This document shows positions 27,787 through 37,397 of a DNA stretch of 64,000 bases, one piece after another (position 1 is the stretch's first letter; every line of letters starts with the position of its first letter). Source of the DNA: an uncultured Propionimicrobium sp. (GTDB lineage: Bacteria > Actinomycetota > Actinomycetes > Propionibacteriales > Propionibacteriaceae); NCBI GenBank assembly GCA_963511305.1, contig CAUPIJ010000002.1, positions 40,034-104,033 on the forward strand. Direction: 5' to 3'. Made by a program: the position numbers and the translations under genes. The notes below the pieces were generated by a model, which worked only from the letters and a program-made list of their open reading frames with translations, was not told where the DNA came from and did no database searches.

Positions 27787-29982
27787 ATGCAAAAAATTAT
27801 CAACGTAGCCGTTATTGTGTTATTTGCGTTAATGGCGGTTGCGTTCACTCTGGAATCTATAGTTAATGTGGGAATTGATTTTGGTCAGAAGGTTAGGGAG
27901 TATCCCGATTCTGGTTTTGAATTTTCGCTAATTAAGGCTCCCGAAGAATCTGCTAACAAAGTTCAAGAGTTTCTTTGGAAATGCGCAGATGATAATGATG
28001 CAATGATCATCCGCCGCGACGATGTTTTATCTAAAATAGATGGCAGTGTGGATGCCTATCATTTAGGCTTCTACGGAAATGTGAGCAAAAACTCAGATGC
28101 TCTAGAGCTTAAAATGGGTTCTGCCGATCTACTGAATGAAGTTAATCTTTCAAAGCTGCTCACCTCTGGGCCAGATAGCACGCTTGGCCTAGACAAGATC
28201 CGCCCCGATATGGTTGGCGGGATTCCATCCATTAAGTTCTCGCCAAGGCTGGTTGCCGTTCAACTACAAAAGTTGATTGAAGATTCGGGAACGATCCGTG
28301 GGAAGTACTCAGTTGTTGGATTGTCGCAGCAGCAATTTGATTCCCTGGTTGGTGAGCTGAGCAGCGCAACGGGCCTTACAACAGATGAAATACTTCATCC
28401 ATTAGCTGGGAGCGCAACATCTGAAAGCTTTTTTAACAGCATCATGCTTGCTGTAGGGATTATTTGTTTTGTTCTGGTTGGCCTAGTGACTCTGATCTGG
28501 GCGTTACTACAAGTCAAGCCTTTTGGAGTGCATCTGATTCTAGGTTGGTCAAAGGCTGGTTACCTGCTAAAAAGCTACGCGATATTTCTGGCGGGCATAG
28601 CATGCTTGGCTATCGTGCCGGTGATTCTATGTCTGCATTGTTTCATCGATTTTCCATTGCAGTTCGTGCTGCTTTCGGTGGTGCCGGCGCAGATCCTGAA
28701 ATTCTTTGTTATCGCTGTTTTGGCATTGCTGCCAAGCGTCCTTGCTGTGCTGCTCGTGCGTCCGGTAGCGGCTATCCGTGGCCAGATATCCCATCGAAGC
28801 CTCTTGGTGCTCGTGGTCGGTTTATTCTTGTTTTCCTCGGTGGGCACAGTGGCTTCACTGAGAATGATCGATGGCCCGCTTAGGGAAGTTCGGAATCTGT
28901 CGGAAGTCCAAGCGAAGTGGCAAGACTACGGTGATTATCAAATACTTTATAAAGACTCTGTTGGAGACAATCCCAGTAGTTTCGCACAGCAAAGCGATGA
29001 GCATCTGAAAGAGTTGTATAGCTGGTATTCTGCTATCCAGGATTTACCTGGCGTCAGTCTCGTGCATACGGCCTACTATGGCAGCGACTTATTTGATATC
29101 TGGAAGGGTAGCTTCAACACGGTTCCCATAAAGCCGTTCTGGTACATGACTGCCTCTCCTTCGTATCTGCAAGAGGTTGGCTTTGATGTCACCACTGAAG
29201 ATTCGGCATCCGCGAAAGACGGCGTGCGTGTCTACTATCTTCCTGACACCTATTCAGAGGATGAACGTCAGGCATTGGAGGGCTGGCTGAGCGAAGACGC
29301 TCTGAAAGATCGAGGCGAATCAATCGTCACGCCGTTTATGCAAGACCAACAGATTGAATTCCGTTATTACACGCCGAAAGATAATCTCTTCATGTGGAAT
29401 AGCGAATTGTCTGAGTCTTTCGAAGCTCCAGACCCGGTTGTACTGCTTACCACGGCAGAAAACATGACCCCGTTTGAATCCGAAAGCCTAAACGCCATCG
29501 GGCTTTCTCAAAGCTATCTGAAGCTAACTGGCGAAGCCGTCGCAAGCTACGCTAACCAAGATTATCTTGCGCAATACAGCCTGGATGACAACCAGCTTGA
29601 GTTCAGGCCTGCGAACGATTTCATTGCGGGTTTGCAAAAGAATATGACAGAGTTTATCCAGCTCTTTGGGGGAGTGGCGTTGTTCATCATCATCCTGGAT
29701 CTAGGTCTACTAGCGGCTGTGATTACCTTGTACGGCAAGATTAATCTTGAAACAGTGGCAGTTAAGAGGTTGCTAGGTTTCCCGTTGATGAATATCTTTT
29801 GGATGCCGTTCATCCTCGTGATATCAGTCGGCTTAATTAGCGTGGTTACCTCCGCGCTATTGGGGTCAGCTATCGGTGTGCGAATAGTCTTCGCGCTCTT
29901 TGTTGCGCAACTGCTCCTGATGTTCTTCCAGGCAAATGCAATGGCTACCAAACAAATCGTCTCCGTTGTAAAAGATCGTTAG
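27787..29982 (+). CDS. Bacteriocin-associated integral membrane protein (DUF1430 / bact_immun_7tm-like), putative permease or immunity component
   Basis: 731 aa. Has an N-terminal TM, a large extracytoplasmic segment, a central TM cluster (about aa 215-350), a second large loop and a C-terminal TM cluster. It sits between an Lcn972-like gene and an ABC ATPase, as in lactococcin 972 loci. Confidence 0.68.
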   Translation: MQKIINVAVIVLFALMAVAFTLESIVNVGIDFGQKVREYPDSGFEFSLIKAPEESANKVQEFLWKCADDNDAMIIRRDDVLSKIDGSVDAYHLGFYGNVSKNSDALELKMGSADLLNEVNLSKLLTSGPDSTLGLDKIRPDMVGGIPSIKFSPRLVAVQLQKLIEDSGTIRGKYSVVGLSQQQFDSLVGELSSATGLTTDEILHPLAGSATSESFFNSIMLAVGIICFVLVGLVTLIWALLQVKPFGVHLILGWSKAGYLLKSYAIFLAGIACLAIVPVILCLHCFIDFPLQFVLLSVVPAQILKFFVIAVLALLPSVLAVLLVRPVAAIRGQISHRSLLVLVVGLFLFSSVGTVASLRMIDGPLREVRNLSEVQAKWQDYGDYQILYKDSVGDNPSSFAQQSDEHLKELYSWYSAIQDLPGVSLVHTAYYGSDLFDIWKGSFNTVPIKPFWYMTASPSYLQEVGFDVTTEDSASAKDGVRVYYLPDTYSEDERQALEGWLSEDALKDRGESIVTPFMQDQQIEFRYYTPKDNLFMWNSELSESFEAPDPVVLLTTAENMTPFESESLNAIGLSQSYLKLTGEAVASYANQDYLAQYSLDDNQLEFRPANDFIAGLQKNMTEFIQLFGGVALFIIILDLGLLAAVITLYGKINLETVAVKRLLGFPLMNIFWMPFILVISVGLISVVTSALLGSAIGVRIVFALFVAQLLLMFFQANAMATKQIVSVVKDR

Positions 29983-29996
29983 TGATTGGATCAATC

Positions 29997-30653
29997 ATGT
30001 CTGCCTTATTGAAACTAAACCAAGTAACAAAAACATATGGCTCCAGAACAATTCTGGATCGAATTGATCTGACACTAGACTATGGCGAGAGCCTCGCTAT
30101 TACGGGGCCTTCGGGCTGCGGAAAAAGCACCCTGCTAAACATCGTCGGCCTGCTTGAGAGCCCCTCAAGTGGGAAGATTCAGATAGAGAAGCATCCATAC
30201 CCGAGCGTGAACTCGGCCAAAGCCTCGGCGATTCGTCGGGAACTGATCTCGTACCTATTTCAGTCCTACGCCCTGATTCAAAGCAAGAGCGCGCTAGAGA
30301 ACGTCATGCTAGGCATGAAATACGTCGACGGTAGTACAAAGCAGAAAAAGGCGAAAGCCCTGCAGATGCTTTCTCGACTGGGGCTAGGCCACGTGGCAAA
30401 CGACAAAGTAGTCACGCTTTCCGGTGGCGAGCAGCAGCGCGTTGCGTTAGCAAGATGCGTTCTGAAGCCTGGCAAGCTGATCCTTGCCGACGAGCCAACC
30501 GGCGCCTTGGACCCGCATCTAGCCAATGTGGTGCTGAAGGAAATCCTGCAGCTTCAGCACGAATTCGGTAAATCGCTGATAGTGGTGACGCACGATCTTA
30601 AAGTCGCAGCAGCCTGCGACAGGCAACTGCAACTGGCCGTGCACCAGCGCTAA
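29997..30653 (+). CDS. ABC transporter ATP-binding protein (antimicrobial-peptide / MacB-LolD type)
   Basis: Walker A GPSGCGKST, signature LSGGEQQRVALARC and Walker B LILADEPTGALD. An alternative GTG start at 29982 overlaps the upstream stop codon. Confidence 0.9.
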   Translation: MSALLKLNQVTKTYGSRTILDRIDLTLDYGESLAITGPSGCGKSTLLNIVGLLESPSSGKIQIEKHPYPSVNSAKASAIRRELISYLFQSYALIQSKSALENVMLGMKYVDGSTKQKKAKALQMLSRLGLGHVANDKVVTLSGGEQQRVALARCVLKPGKLILADEPTGALDPHLANVVLKEILQLQHEFGKSLIVVTHDLKVAAACDRQLQLAVHQR

Positions 30654-30683
30654 AGGTATCACTCTAAGACTGAACCCACTCAA

Positions 30684-30836
30684 GTGGCAGTCGCATGCTA
30701 TACCAGCCCCCAAGACCAAGCAAAAGCAGGGCATCCGTCGGAACTACCCGGATTTCCGTGGTGGGCCGTGATCTTCGGGACGGCCACCGTGACGGCCGTT
30801 GCCGTCTTCTGGCGGTTCGGCTTCGTAAACACCTAA
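30684..30836 (+). pseudogene. GC3-rich coding-like patch: small TM peptide ORF or 3' remnant of a host gene
   Basis: My own translation of the frame open from 30654 gives ...PGFPWWAVIFGTATVTAVAVFWRFGFVNT*. Third codon positions are strongly G/C, unlike the island. There is no SD before the only in-frame GTG (30684). Confidence 0.25.
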
Positions 30837-31038
30837 CAAAGGGTAGCCAAATGTTATTTATAAAATAATGCATTAAATAACGACAGCATTATTGAGACCT
30901 CTTTAATCTTTTTGTTTGGTGGGCCTAACCTTTCTTCTTATTTCGCTAGCCTTATCCTTGCCTGAGAATCGTTGCCGAACTAAATGCCGATAACTAAGTT
31001 GGTTATTGCCAGGTCAATTTCTAGTGGAAGGCAAAATC

Positions 31039-31320
31039 ATGGCAACTCTTACTTCAATCAAATCTTGCAGCGTTTCTACCTGCGCTTTCAACAACGGCGG
31101 CTGCACCGCAGCCGCTATCACCATGGGTGGTGCTCAGGGCGCTGCCAAGTGCGGCACCTTCATCGCTCTTGACGCCCGCGGCGGGCTTGGCACTGCTGAT
31201 GTCCACGTCGGCGCTTGCCACCGCCTGGAGTGCGTCCACAACAACGACCTGATGTGCAGCCTAGGTCAGATCGACATCGCTGGTGATAACGCTCAGTGCG
31301 GCCAGTACGAGACTCGCTAA
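31039..31320 (+). CDS. DUF1540 domain-containing Cys-rich protein (two repeats)
   Basis: ATG at 31039; 93 aa. Has two copies of the C-x-V-x2-C-x-(F/H)-N-x4-C-x-A/L-x2-I pattern characteristic of DUF1540. Confidence 0.72.
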   Translation: MATLTSIKSCSVSTCAFNNGGCTAAAITMGGAQGAAKCGTFIALDARGGLGTADVHVGACHRLECVHNNDLMCSLGQIDIAGDNAQCGQYETR

Positions 31321-31370
31321 GACCACAAGTGGTCCGTCGCCAATAGACGAAAAACCACTAGGAAACCAAG

Positions 31371-31403
31371 ATTGCCTGCCGGTTTCGGCAGGCAATCTTT
31401 TTC
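31371..31403 (+). terminator. Rho-independent terminator after the DUF1540 gene
   Basis: Stem attgcctgcc / ggcaggcaat with loop ggtttc, followed by ctttttc. Confidence 0.65.
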
Positions 31404-31406
31404 TAT

Positions 31407-32210
31407 TTAAATCCCTTTTGCAAAGCAGATCTTCTCGAACTCGTCCTCGAATTCTTTGATGCTGCTCACTGGGTTCTCGAACGCGGCAAAAACCGTGGTT
31501 ATCTCGTCATCGCGAATGTGGGTTAGCGTGACGCCGAGCCTGTCTATGTCGGCACATACCACCTTGTTTGCTATGTGCCCGCAGATTAGGGATTGGGGGC
31601 AGCGGCCGCATATTTTTCCTGGCAGCTCGCCGTTCTCGACCGCCTGGCAGACGTTTAACAGTCGGTCGTTGCAGACAGTAAGCAGCTGGCTGCAGTCTAT
31701 TTCCTCCGACTGGCTGGGGAAGCTGCCTGGCGAGAAGCGCAGCGAGCGTGGGCAGATCTTCGAGACCCCGGACGGATCATGCAGCATGAGCTTCTGGATG
31801 TCGACGGCACCGATCCTGATGTTCGCGCCGTGCGCCGCCTGACGGATGTTCTCGGGCGCCTCGCCCGTGGCCAGCAACTGTCTCGAATCGGCCAGGCTGA
31901 GCCACTCGACCTCGCCGAAGATGTGGGCAGAAGCGGTGACCAGCTTCACCGCCGGGCTCATCGCCTCTCGAAGGATTTCGACCTGGATTGGGGTGATGGT
32001 GGGGGTGAGCAGGGCAGGGTCATCGTGGTCGGAGAAATAGGCGATCATGAACACGCCGTCCGCGCTGGTGCCGTGCAGCAAGCAACGAAACTCGACGCCC
32101 GGCTCGACGTCGTAGCAGAGAGCGCGGGCGCGGCCGGTGCCGTGCAGAAGCCTTGTGACTAGCGAGTTTGAGAGCACATCGAATTTTGCTTCCGGTTTTG
32201 GATCGTCCAT
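31407..32210 (-). CDS. Hypothetical protein with Cys-rich C-terminal half
   Basis: 267-aa ORF with coding-like composition. Has several Cys in C-x2-C / C-x6-C arrangements (GKICGRCPQSLICGH). I cannot assign a family with confidence. Confidence 0.5.
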   Translation of the reverse strand: MDDPKPEAKFDVLSNSLVTRLLHGTGRARALCYDVEPGVEFRCLLHGTSADGVFMIAYFSDHDDPALLTPTITPIQVEILREAMSPAVKLVTASAHIFGEVEWLSLADSRQLLATGEAPENIRQAAHGANIRIGAVDIQKLMLHDPSGVSKICPRSLRFSPGSFPSQSEEIDCSQLLTVCNDRLLNVCQAVENGELPGKICGRCPQSLICGHIANKVVCADIDRLGVTLTHIRDDEITTVFAAFENPVSSIKEFEDEFEKICFAKGI

Positions 32211-32336
32211 TTTTCCTCCCGATAGGCAAGCCTAACCTATCGAAATAGATTGGTCGAAACGCAAACCTTCTTCTCAGTCCCGAGTTGCAGTCGGCGAAAA
32301 TGTGCTCATAGTAAAGCTGATTTTTAGTTCGCAAAA

Positions 32337-32370
32337 GATACGGGACGAGCCCGAAGGCCCGTCCCGTATC
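32337..32370 (-). terminator. Rho-independent terminator after the rpfB-like gene
   Basis: Strong stem gatacgggacg...cgtcccgtatc. On the minus strand it is followed by ttttgcgaactaaaaa. Confidence 0.7.
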
Positions 32371-32380
32371 GTTTAGTTGC

Positions 32381-33523
<1,143 letters not shown>

Positions 33524-33667
33524 TTAAAACAATTCCTGAGAAAAACCAAAGAAATCTTAATAATTGCTTGGAAAGCTGCAACTCGCCTCGGTGAGAGTAA
33601 AAAAGGCTCTTAGGACGAATCGCGCTATGCGCTTGCGCTCGAGTTTATTTAAGAATCTTAAGGTTAC

Positions 33668-34792
33668 TTAATACCAGCCATTGGCGTCGGAGTGTGCCAG
33701 CGCCTGGCTCCAGCCGCCATAGCGATTCTTGACGTAGTTGTCGCCCCACCTGAGTGCGTTGACCGGATCACTCCAGTTGGCGCCCAGCTTCGAGCAGGGC
33801 AGCGCCTGAACCAGGCCGCAGGCTCCGCTCGAGGCGTTCACCGCAGTTGGGTTCCAGCCGGATTCGCGCTGAATCAGCCTGTTGGCGGCGGCAAAATCCG
33901 CCGGGGCGATGCCGGCATCGTTCATCAGCTTGACTCTGCCCTCGTCGCCGACCAGCGCGGCAGCGTTCATCGTTCCCACGGACTTCTGCTCGGCGGTCGG
34001 TGCCTTGATCACGGTCTCCCGCAAAACGTGCCTGGTCTTGACTTGGCCGTTGACGATGGTCAGCCGAGCCAGCACCTTCTTCTGACCCCTGACGCCCTCT
34101 ACCAGCACCCGCTCGACGCCCCTGGGTAGGCCGGGATCGTCGGTCTTCTTGGTCTCAAAGTCGATCGGAACCAATTCTTCCCTGGTCTCGACTGATACTC
34201 GGCTGATTGTGATGACCATCTCAGGCGTGATAGCAACGCCATAGCCGGGGGAGAGCTGGTCGTGCTGATCCAGATTGATCGACTCGCTTCGCAGTAGCTC
34301 GCCCACCGTGCCCGCAGTGGTCACGATCTGGCGGGATTTTCCGCCGTCGTTGATCGTGACGGTTTTCGGTGTGTAGACGGTCAGAGTGACGCCGTCGCGG
34401 CCCAGCGGCATTGAGCGATCGACCGACAGCCTGTTTGCCGAGTCGCGCATTCCGATCTGGTCTAGGGCCTCGTCCAGCGTAGTTGCCGTGGTCCAGAAAG
34501 TGGTTAACTTGCCGTCCACGATCAACGTGATCGGCTTGCCGAACTTGACCTCGACGAGTGAACCGTCAGTGATTTTGGAATTTTGAGTAGGCCACACCTC
34601 GTCGTGCTCGCCGAGCTTGACGCCAGACGCCGAGAGTAGATCCGAAACCTTGGTGCCGAAGAAGTTTGCCTGCCTTACCTGACCATCGAGGCTCAGCATC
34701 GCCTGCCTGTCTAGGCTCGCGCCGATGGCGCCTGCACCGAAACCGCTCATGATGACGGCTCCCGCGAGTAGCCCTGCCGATAGCCTACGCAT
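33668..34792 (-). CDS. DUF348-G5 protein with a C-terminal lysozyme-like (IsaA/SceD/Apf-type transglycosylase) domain
   Basis: 374 aa. The N-terminal architecture matches the neighbouring rpfB-like gene. The C-terminus LIQRESGWNPTAVNASSGACGLVQALP...NYVKNRYGGW differs from the Rpf domain. Confidence 0.78.
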   Translation of the reverse strand: MRRLSAGLLAGAVIMSGFGAGAIGASLDRQAMLSLDGQVRQANFFGTKVSDLLSASGVKLGEHDEVWPTQNSKITDGSLVEVKFGKPITLIVDGKLTTFWTTATTLDEALDQIGMRDSANRLSVDRSMPLGRDGVTLTVYTPKTVTINDGGKSRQIVTTAGTVGELLRSESINLDQHDQLSPGYGVAITPEMVITISRVSVETREELVPIDFETKKTDDPGLPRGVERVLVEGVRGQKKVLARLTIVNGQVKTRHVLRETVIKAPTAEQKSVGTMNAAALVGDEGRVKLMNDAGIAPADFAAANRLIQRESGWNPTAVNASSGACGLVQALPCSKLGANWSDPVNALRWGDNYVKNRYGGWSQALAHSDANGWY

Positions 34793-34886
34793 TTACTCCC
34801 TCTCGCCGGCTGAATTAAAAATGCCGGAAAACTCTGTTCAAGTTAAAGGATATTTAAATGTTGAGGGTTGCTCAAAATTTTTGATA

Positions 34887-34934
34887 AAAATTTCCAAAAA
34901 ACTGCCCGGCAGCCTTGATTGCTGCCGGGCAGTT
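34887..34934 (-). terminator. Rho-independent terminator after sodA
   Basis: 14-bp stem aactgcccggcagc / gctgccgggcagtt. On the minus strand it is followed by ttttttggaaattttt. Confidence 0.75.
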
Positions 34935-34962
34935 AGTTAATGAACTTTGGCGCTAGTGGCCT

Positions 34963-35568
34963 TTACTTGGCCGCGCGAGCCGCGTCGAAACGCTGCGCCA
35001 CGTCGGTCCAGTTTACGATGTTCCAGAACGCGTCGACGTAGTCGGCCTTAACGTTCTTGTACTGCAGGTAGTAGGCGTGTTCCCACATGTCGAGCAGCAG
35101 CAGCGGAACCGAGCCAACCGGAAGGTTGTTCTGGTGATCGTAGAACGCCAGGGTGTTCAGGCGCTTGCCGATCGGGTCGTAGACCAGTGCGCCCCAGCCG
35201 GAGCCCTGAATGGACTTAGCTGCCGCGTTGAACTGAGCCACGAGGTTGTCGTAGCCACCGAAGAACTCGTCGATCGCGCTGGCCAGCTCGCCCTCGGGAC
35301 GCTCAGGGGCGTCGGGGGAGAGGTTCTTCCAGAACACGGTGTGGTTCTGGTGGCCGGCCAGGTTGAAGGCGAGGTCCTTCTCTAGCTTGCTGATCGCGCC
35401 GAAGTTGCCCTTTTCGCGGCATTCGGCCAGCTGCTCTAGAGCGGTATTCGCGCCGTCGACGTAGGTCTGGTGGTGCTTGTCGTGGTGCAGCTTCATGATC
35501 TCGCCGCTGATGTACGGCTCGAGCGCACCATAGTCGTAGTCAAGTTCAGGCAGGCTGTAGATAGCCAT
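34963..35568 (-). CDS. sodA: Superoxide dismutase (Mn/Fe)
   Basis: 201 aa: [32 protein letters not shown]...[14 protein letters not shown]. Confidence 0.95.
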   Translation of the reverse strand: MAIYSLPELDYDYGALEPYISGEIMKLHHDKHHQTYVDGANTALEQLAECREKGNFGAISKLEKDLAFNLAGHQNHTVFWKNLSPDAPERPEGELASAIDEFFGGYDNLVAQFNAAAKSIQGSGWGALVYDPIGKRLNTLAFYDHQNNLPVGSVPLLLLDMWEHAYYLQYKNVKADYVDAFWNIVNWTDVAQRFDAARAAK

Positions 35569-35606
35569 CGGATCTCCTAAAGTGGTTGAACTAGCTGGTC
35601 TGTGAC

Positions 35607-35804
35607 TTAGTTGCCAGTCAGCTTGTCCTTGACGGTCTCAGCGGCGTCCTTGATCGACTCGCCAACCTGCTCAGCCTTGGCCTTGATCTGCTCGCCAACG
35701 CCCTCGGCCTGTGCCTGCTCGTTGCCGGTGGCCTTGCCAGCGGCTTCCTTAGCCTTGCCCTTAACCTCGTCGGCCTTGTTCTTGATGTCGTCGGTGAAAG
35801 CCAT
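35607..35804 (-). CDS. CsbD family stress-response protein
   Basis: 65 aa: ...[37 protein letters not shown]. Confidence 0.85.
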   Translation of the reverse strand: MAFTDDIKNKADEVKGKAKEAAGKATGNEQAQAEGVGEQIKAKAEQVGESIKDAAETVKDKLTGN

Positions 35805-35925
35805 TTCTGTCTCCGTTTCTGAGCTGATGCTCTTTTAGAAGTTTCCCAAGCAAGCCTTGCTTTGCCTGCTTACACCAGACTAAACGGCTTCCTCTTGCGA
35901 ATTATTCCAAAAACAAAAATCTTTT

Positions 35926-36531
35926 TTACTGCTGTTTTGTAGTGACGCGTAGTACCCGGAAACCCTTTGCCGAAGCGTATTTCTCGCTTTCCCAGCCCCG
36001 CTCGGTCAGCCACCTGGACAGCGAATCTGCGCCCAGGTTCTTTCCGACCACCAGCCAGGCGATGCCGTCCTGAGCCAGCTTAGGTAGCCAGGTCAGTAGC
36101 AGCGCGTGTAGCGCCTGCTTACCGATCCTGATCGGAGGGTTCGACCAGATCTCGTCGTAGTAGCCATCCGGACGTTCGCCGACCAGGGATTCGGGAAGGG
36201 TGGCGTTGACCTTGACGCCGTGCTTTTCCGCGTTCTCTTGGGTCAGCTTCAAGGCCAGCTCGTTGACATCTACGGCGTCCACCTCTGCCCACGGGCACTC
36301 CTTGGCCAGCGCGACGGCTATCGGGCCGAAGCCGCAGCCAAGATCGAGGACGGTCTTCGCGTCCTCGCCTGGCGGAGTGGTTCGACTCAGCAAGACGCGG
36401 GTGCCCAGGTCGAGCCGGTGCGCGCTGAATACCCCACTTGCCGCAACGAATTCGTAGTCGCGATCCCAGATCTTCGCTCGGATCACGTTTCGGCTGCCGC
36501 CGTCTTCTGGTGTGACGAAATAGTGGCTCAT
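35926..36531 (-). CDS. Class I SAM-dependent methyltransferase (RsmC/RlmG-like small-domain MTase)
   Basis: 201 aa with the VLDLGCGFGPIAVALA SAM motif and SNPPIRIGK catalytic motif. Overlaps the truA stop by 4 nt. Confidence 0.8.
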   Translation of the reverse strand: MSHYFVTPEDGGSRNVIRAKIWDRDYEFVAASGVFSAHRLDLGTRVLLSRTTPPGEDAKTVLDLGCGFGPIAVALAKECPWAEVDAVDVNELALKLTQENAEKHGVKVNATLPESLVGERPDGYYDEIWSNPPIRIGKQALHALLLTWLPKLAQDGIAWLVVGKNLGADSLSRWLTERGWESEKYASAKGFRVLRVTTKQQ

Positions 36532-37367
36532 CGCTCCTGCCTCTCAGGTAGCACTCGCTTGGCTCTGGCCTCGGTGACGCGGGCGGCCAGCTGATCGTCG
36601 CTGGGGTAACCGACGCCCTCGAGCGTCAACCCCCTCGCGGGCATTACCAGGACCTCTGTGCTTCGCTTGTCGGCCTCCAGCAGGCCTGCGATCCATTCGA
36701 CGCTGCGCAGGCCAGAGCCCACCGAGCACAACGCGCCCGCAAGCGAGCGCACCATCGAGTGACAGAAGGCATCGGCCTGGACGGTCATCTCGATCGTGCC
36801 GCAGTGATCCTCTGCCCTAACGACGCTCAGTTTTTGCAGGCACCTGATGCTGGTTGCGCCCTCGCGGTATTTGCAGAAAGCGACGAAATCGTGCAGCCCG
36901 ATCAGCTTGCTTGCCGCCTCGTTCATAGCGTCCACGTCCAGGCTGTGCCGCACGGGCGCGTTGAAGCCTCGCAGCAGCGGATCCTGGAAGCTGTCTGCGT
37001 CCCAGACGCGGTAGACGTAGCGACGCCAGAGCGCGGAGAAGCGGGCGTCGAAGTGTGGCGGGGCGACCGAGACCCGATTAATCCTGATGTCCTCCGGCAG
37101 CGCCCGCTTTAGGCGACGATGGAGCTGGTGAGGGTCGGTGCACGACGGCAGGTCGATGTGCGCGACCTGGCTGCGCGCGTGGACTCCTGCGTCCGTGCGC
37201 CCCGCCACGGTCAGTTGAGCCGGTTGCTCTAGCCGAAGCACCATCGTTATCCAGTCTTCGATGGTGCCCTGAATCGTGCGCAGCCCCTCCTGCGTGGCCC
37301 AGCCGTGGAAGTCGGTTCCGTCGTACGAGATGTCCAGGCGTAGGCGAGTTAAATCAGACACGGTCAA
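36528..37367 (-). CDS. truA: tRNA pseudouridine(38-40) synthase TruA
   Basis: 279 aa: RLDISYDGTDFHGWA.Q.GLRT.QG...AGRTDAGVHA. Confidence 0.93.
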   Translation of the reverse strand: MTVSDLTRLRLDISYDGTDFHGWATQEGLRTIQGTIEDWITMVLRLEQPAQLTVAGRTDAGVHARSQVAHIDLPSCTDPHQLHRRLKRALPEDIRINRVSVAPPHFDARFSALWRRYVYRVWDADSFQDPLLRGFNAPVRHSLDVDAMNEAASKLIGLHDFVAFCKYREGATSIRCLQKLSVVRAEDHCGTIEMTVQADAFCHSMVRSLAGALCSVGSGLRSVEWIAGLLEADKRSTEVLVMPARGLTLEGVGYPSDDQLAARVTEARAKRVLPERQER

Positions 37368-37397
37368 GAATCCTATCGTGGCTAAGGCCAGTTGTGG

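Larger units (their letters stand above)
24938..30690. other. AT-rich genomic island: two-component system plus lactococcin-972-type bacteriocin module
   Basis: Composition drops abruptly right after the GT4 stop. GC-rich coding-like sequence resumes around 30.70 kb. I recognise no integrase, transposase or tRNA. Confidence 0.7.

Noticed and set aside
30664-30873. 69-aa minus-strand Arg-rich ORF
   Set aside because: Its composition (RSRTARRRQRPSRWPSRRSRP) is what the antisense of a GC3-rich plus-strand frame produces. The plus-strand TM-like frame is the more likely signal; see the corresponding finding.
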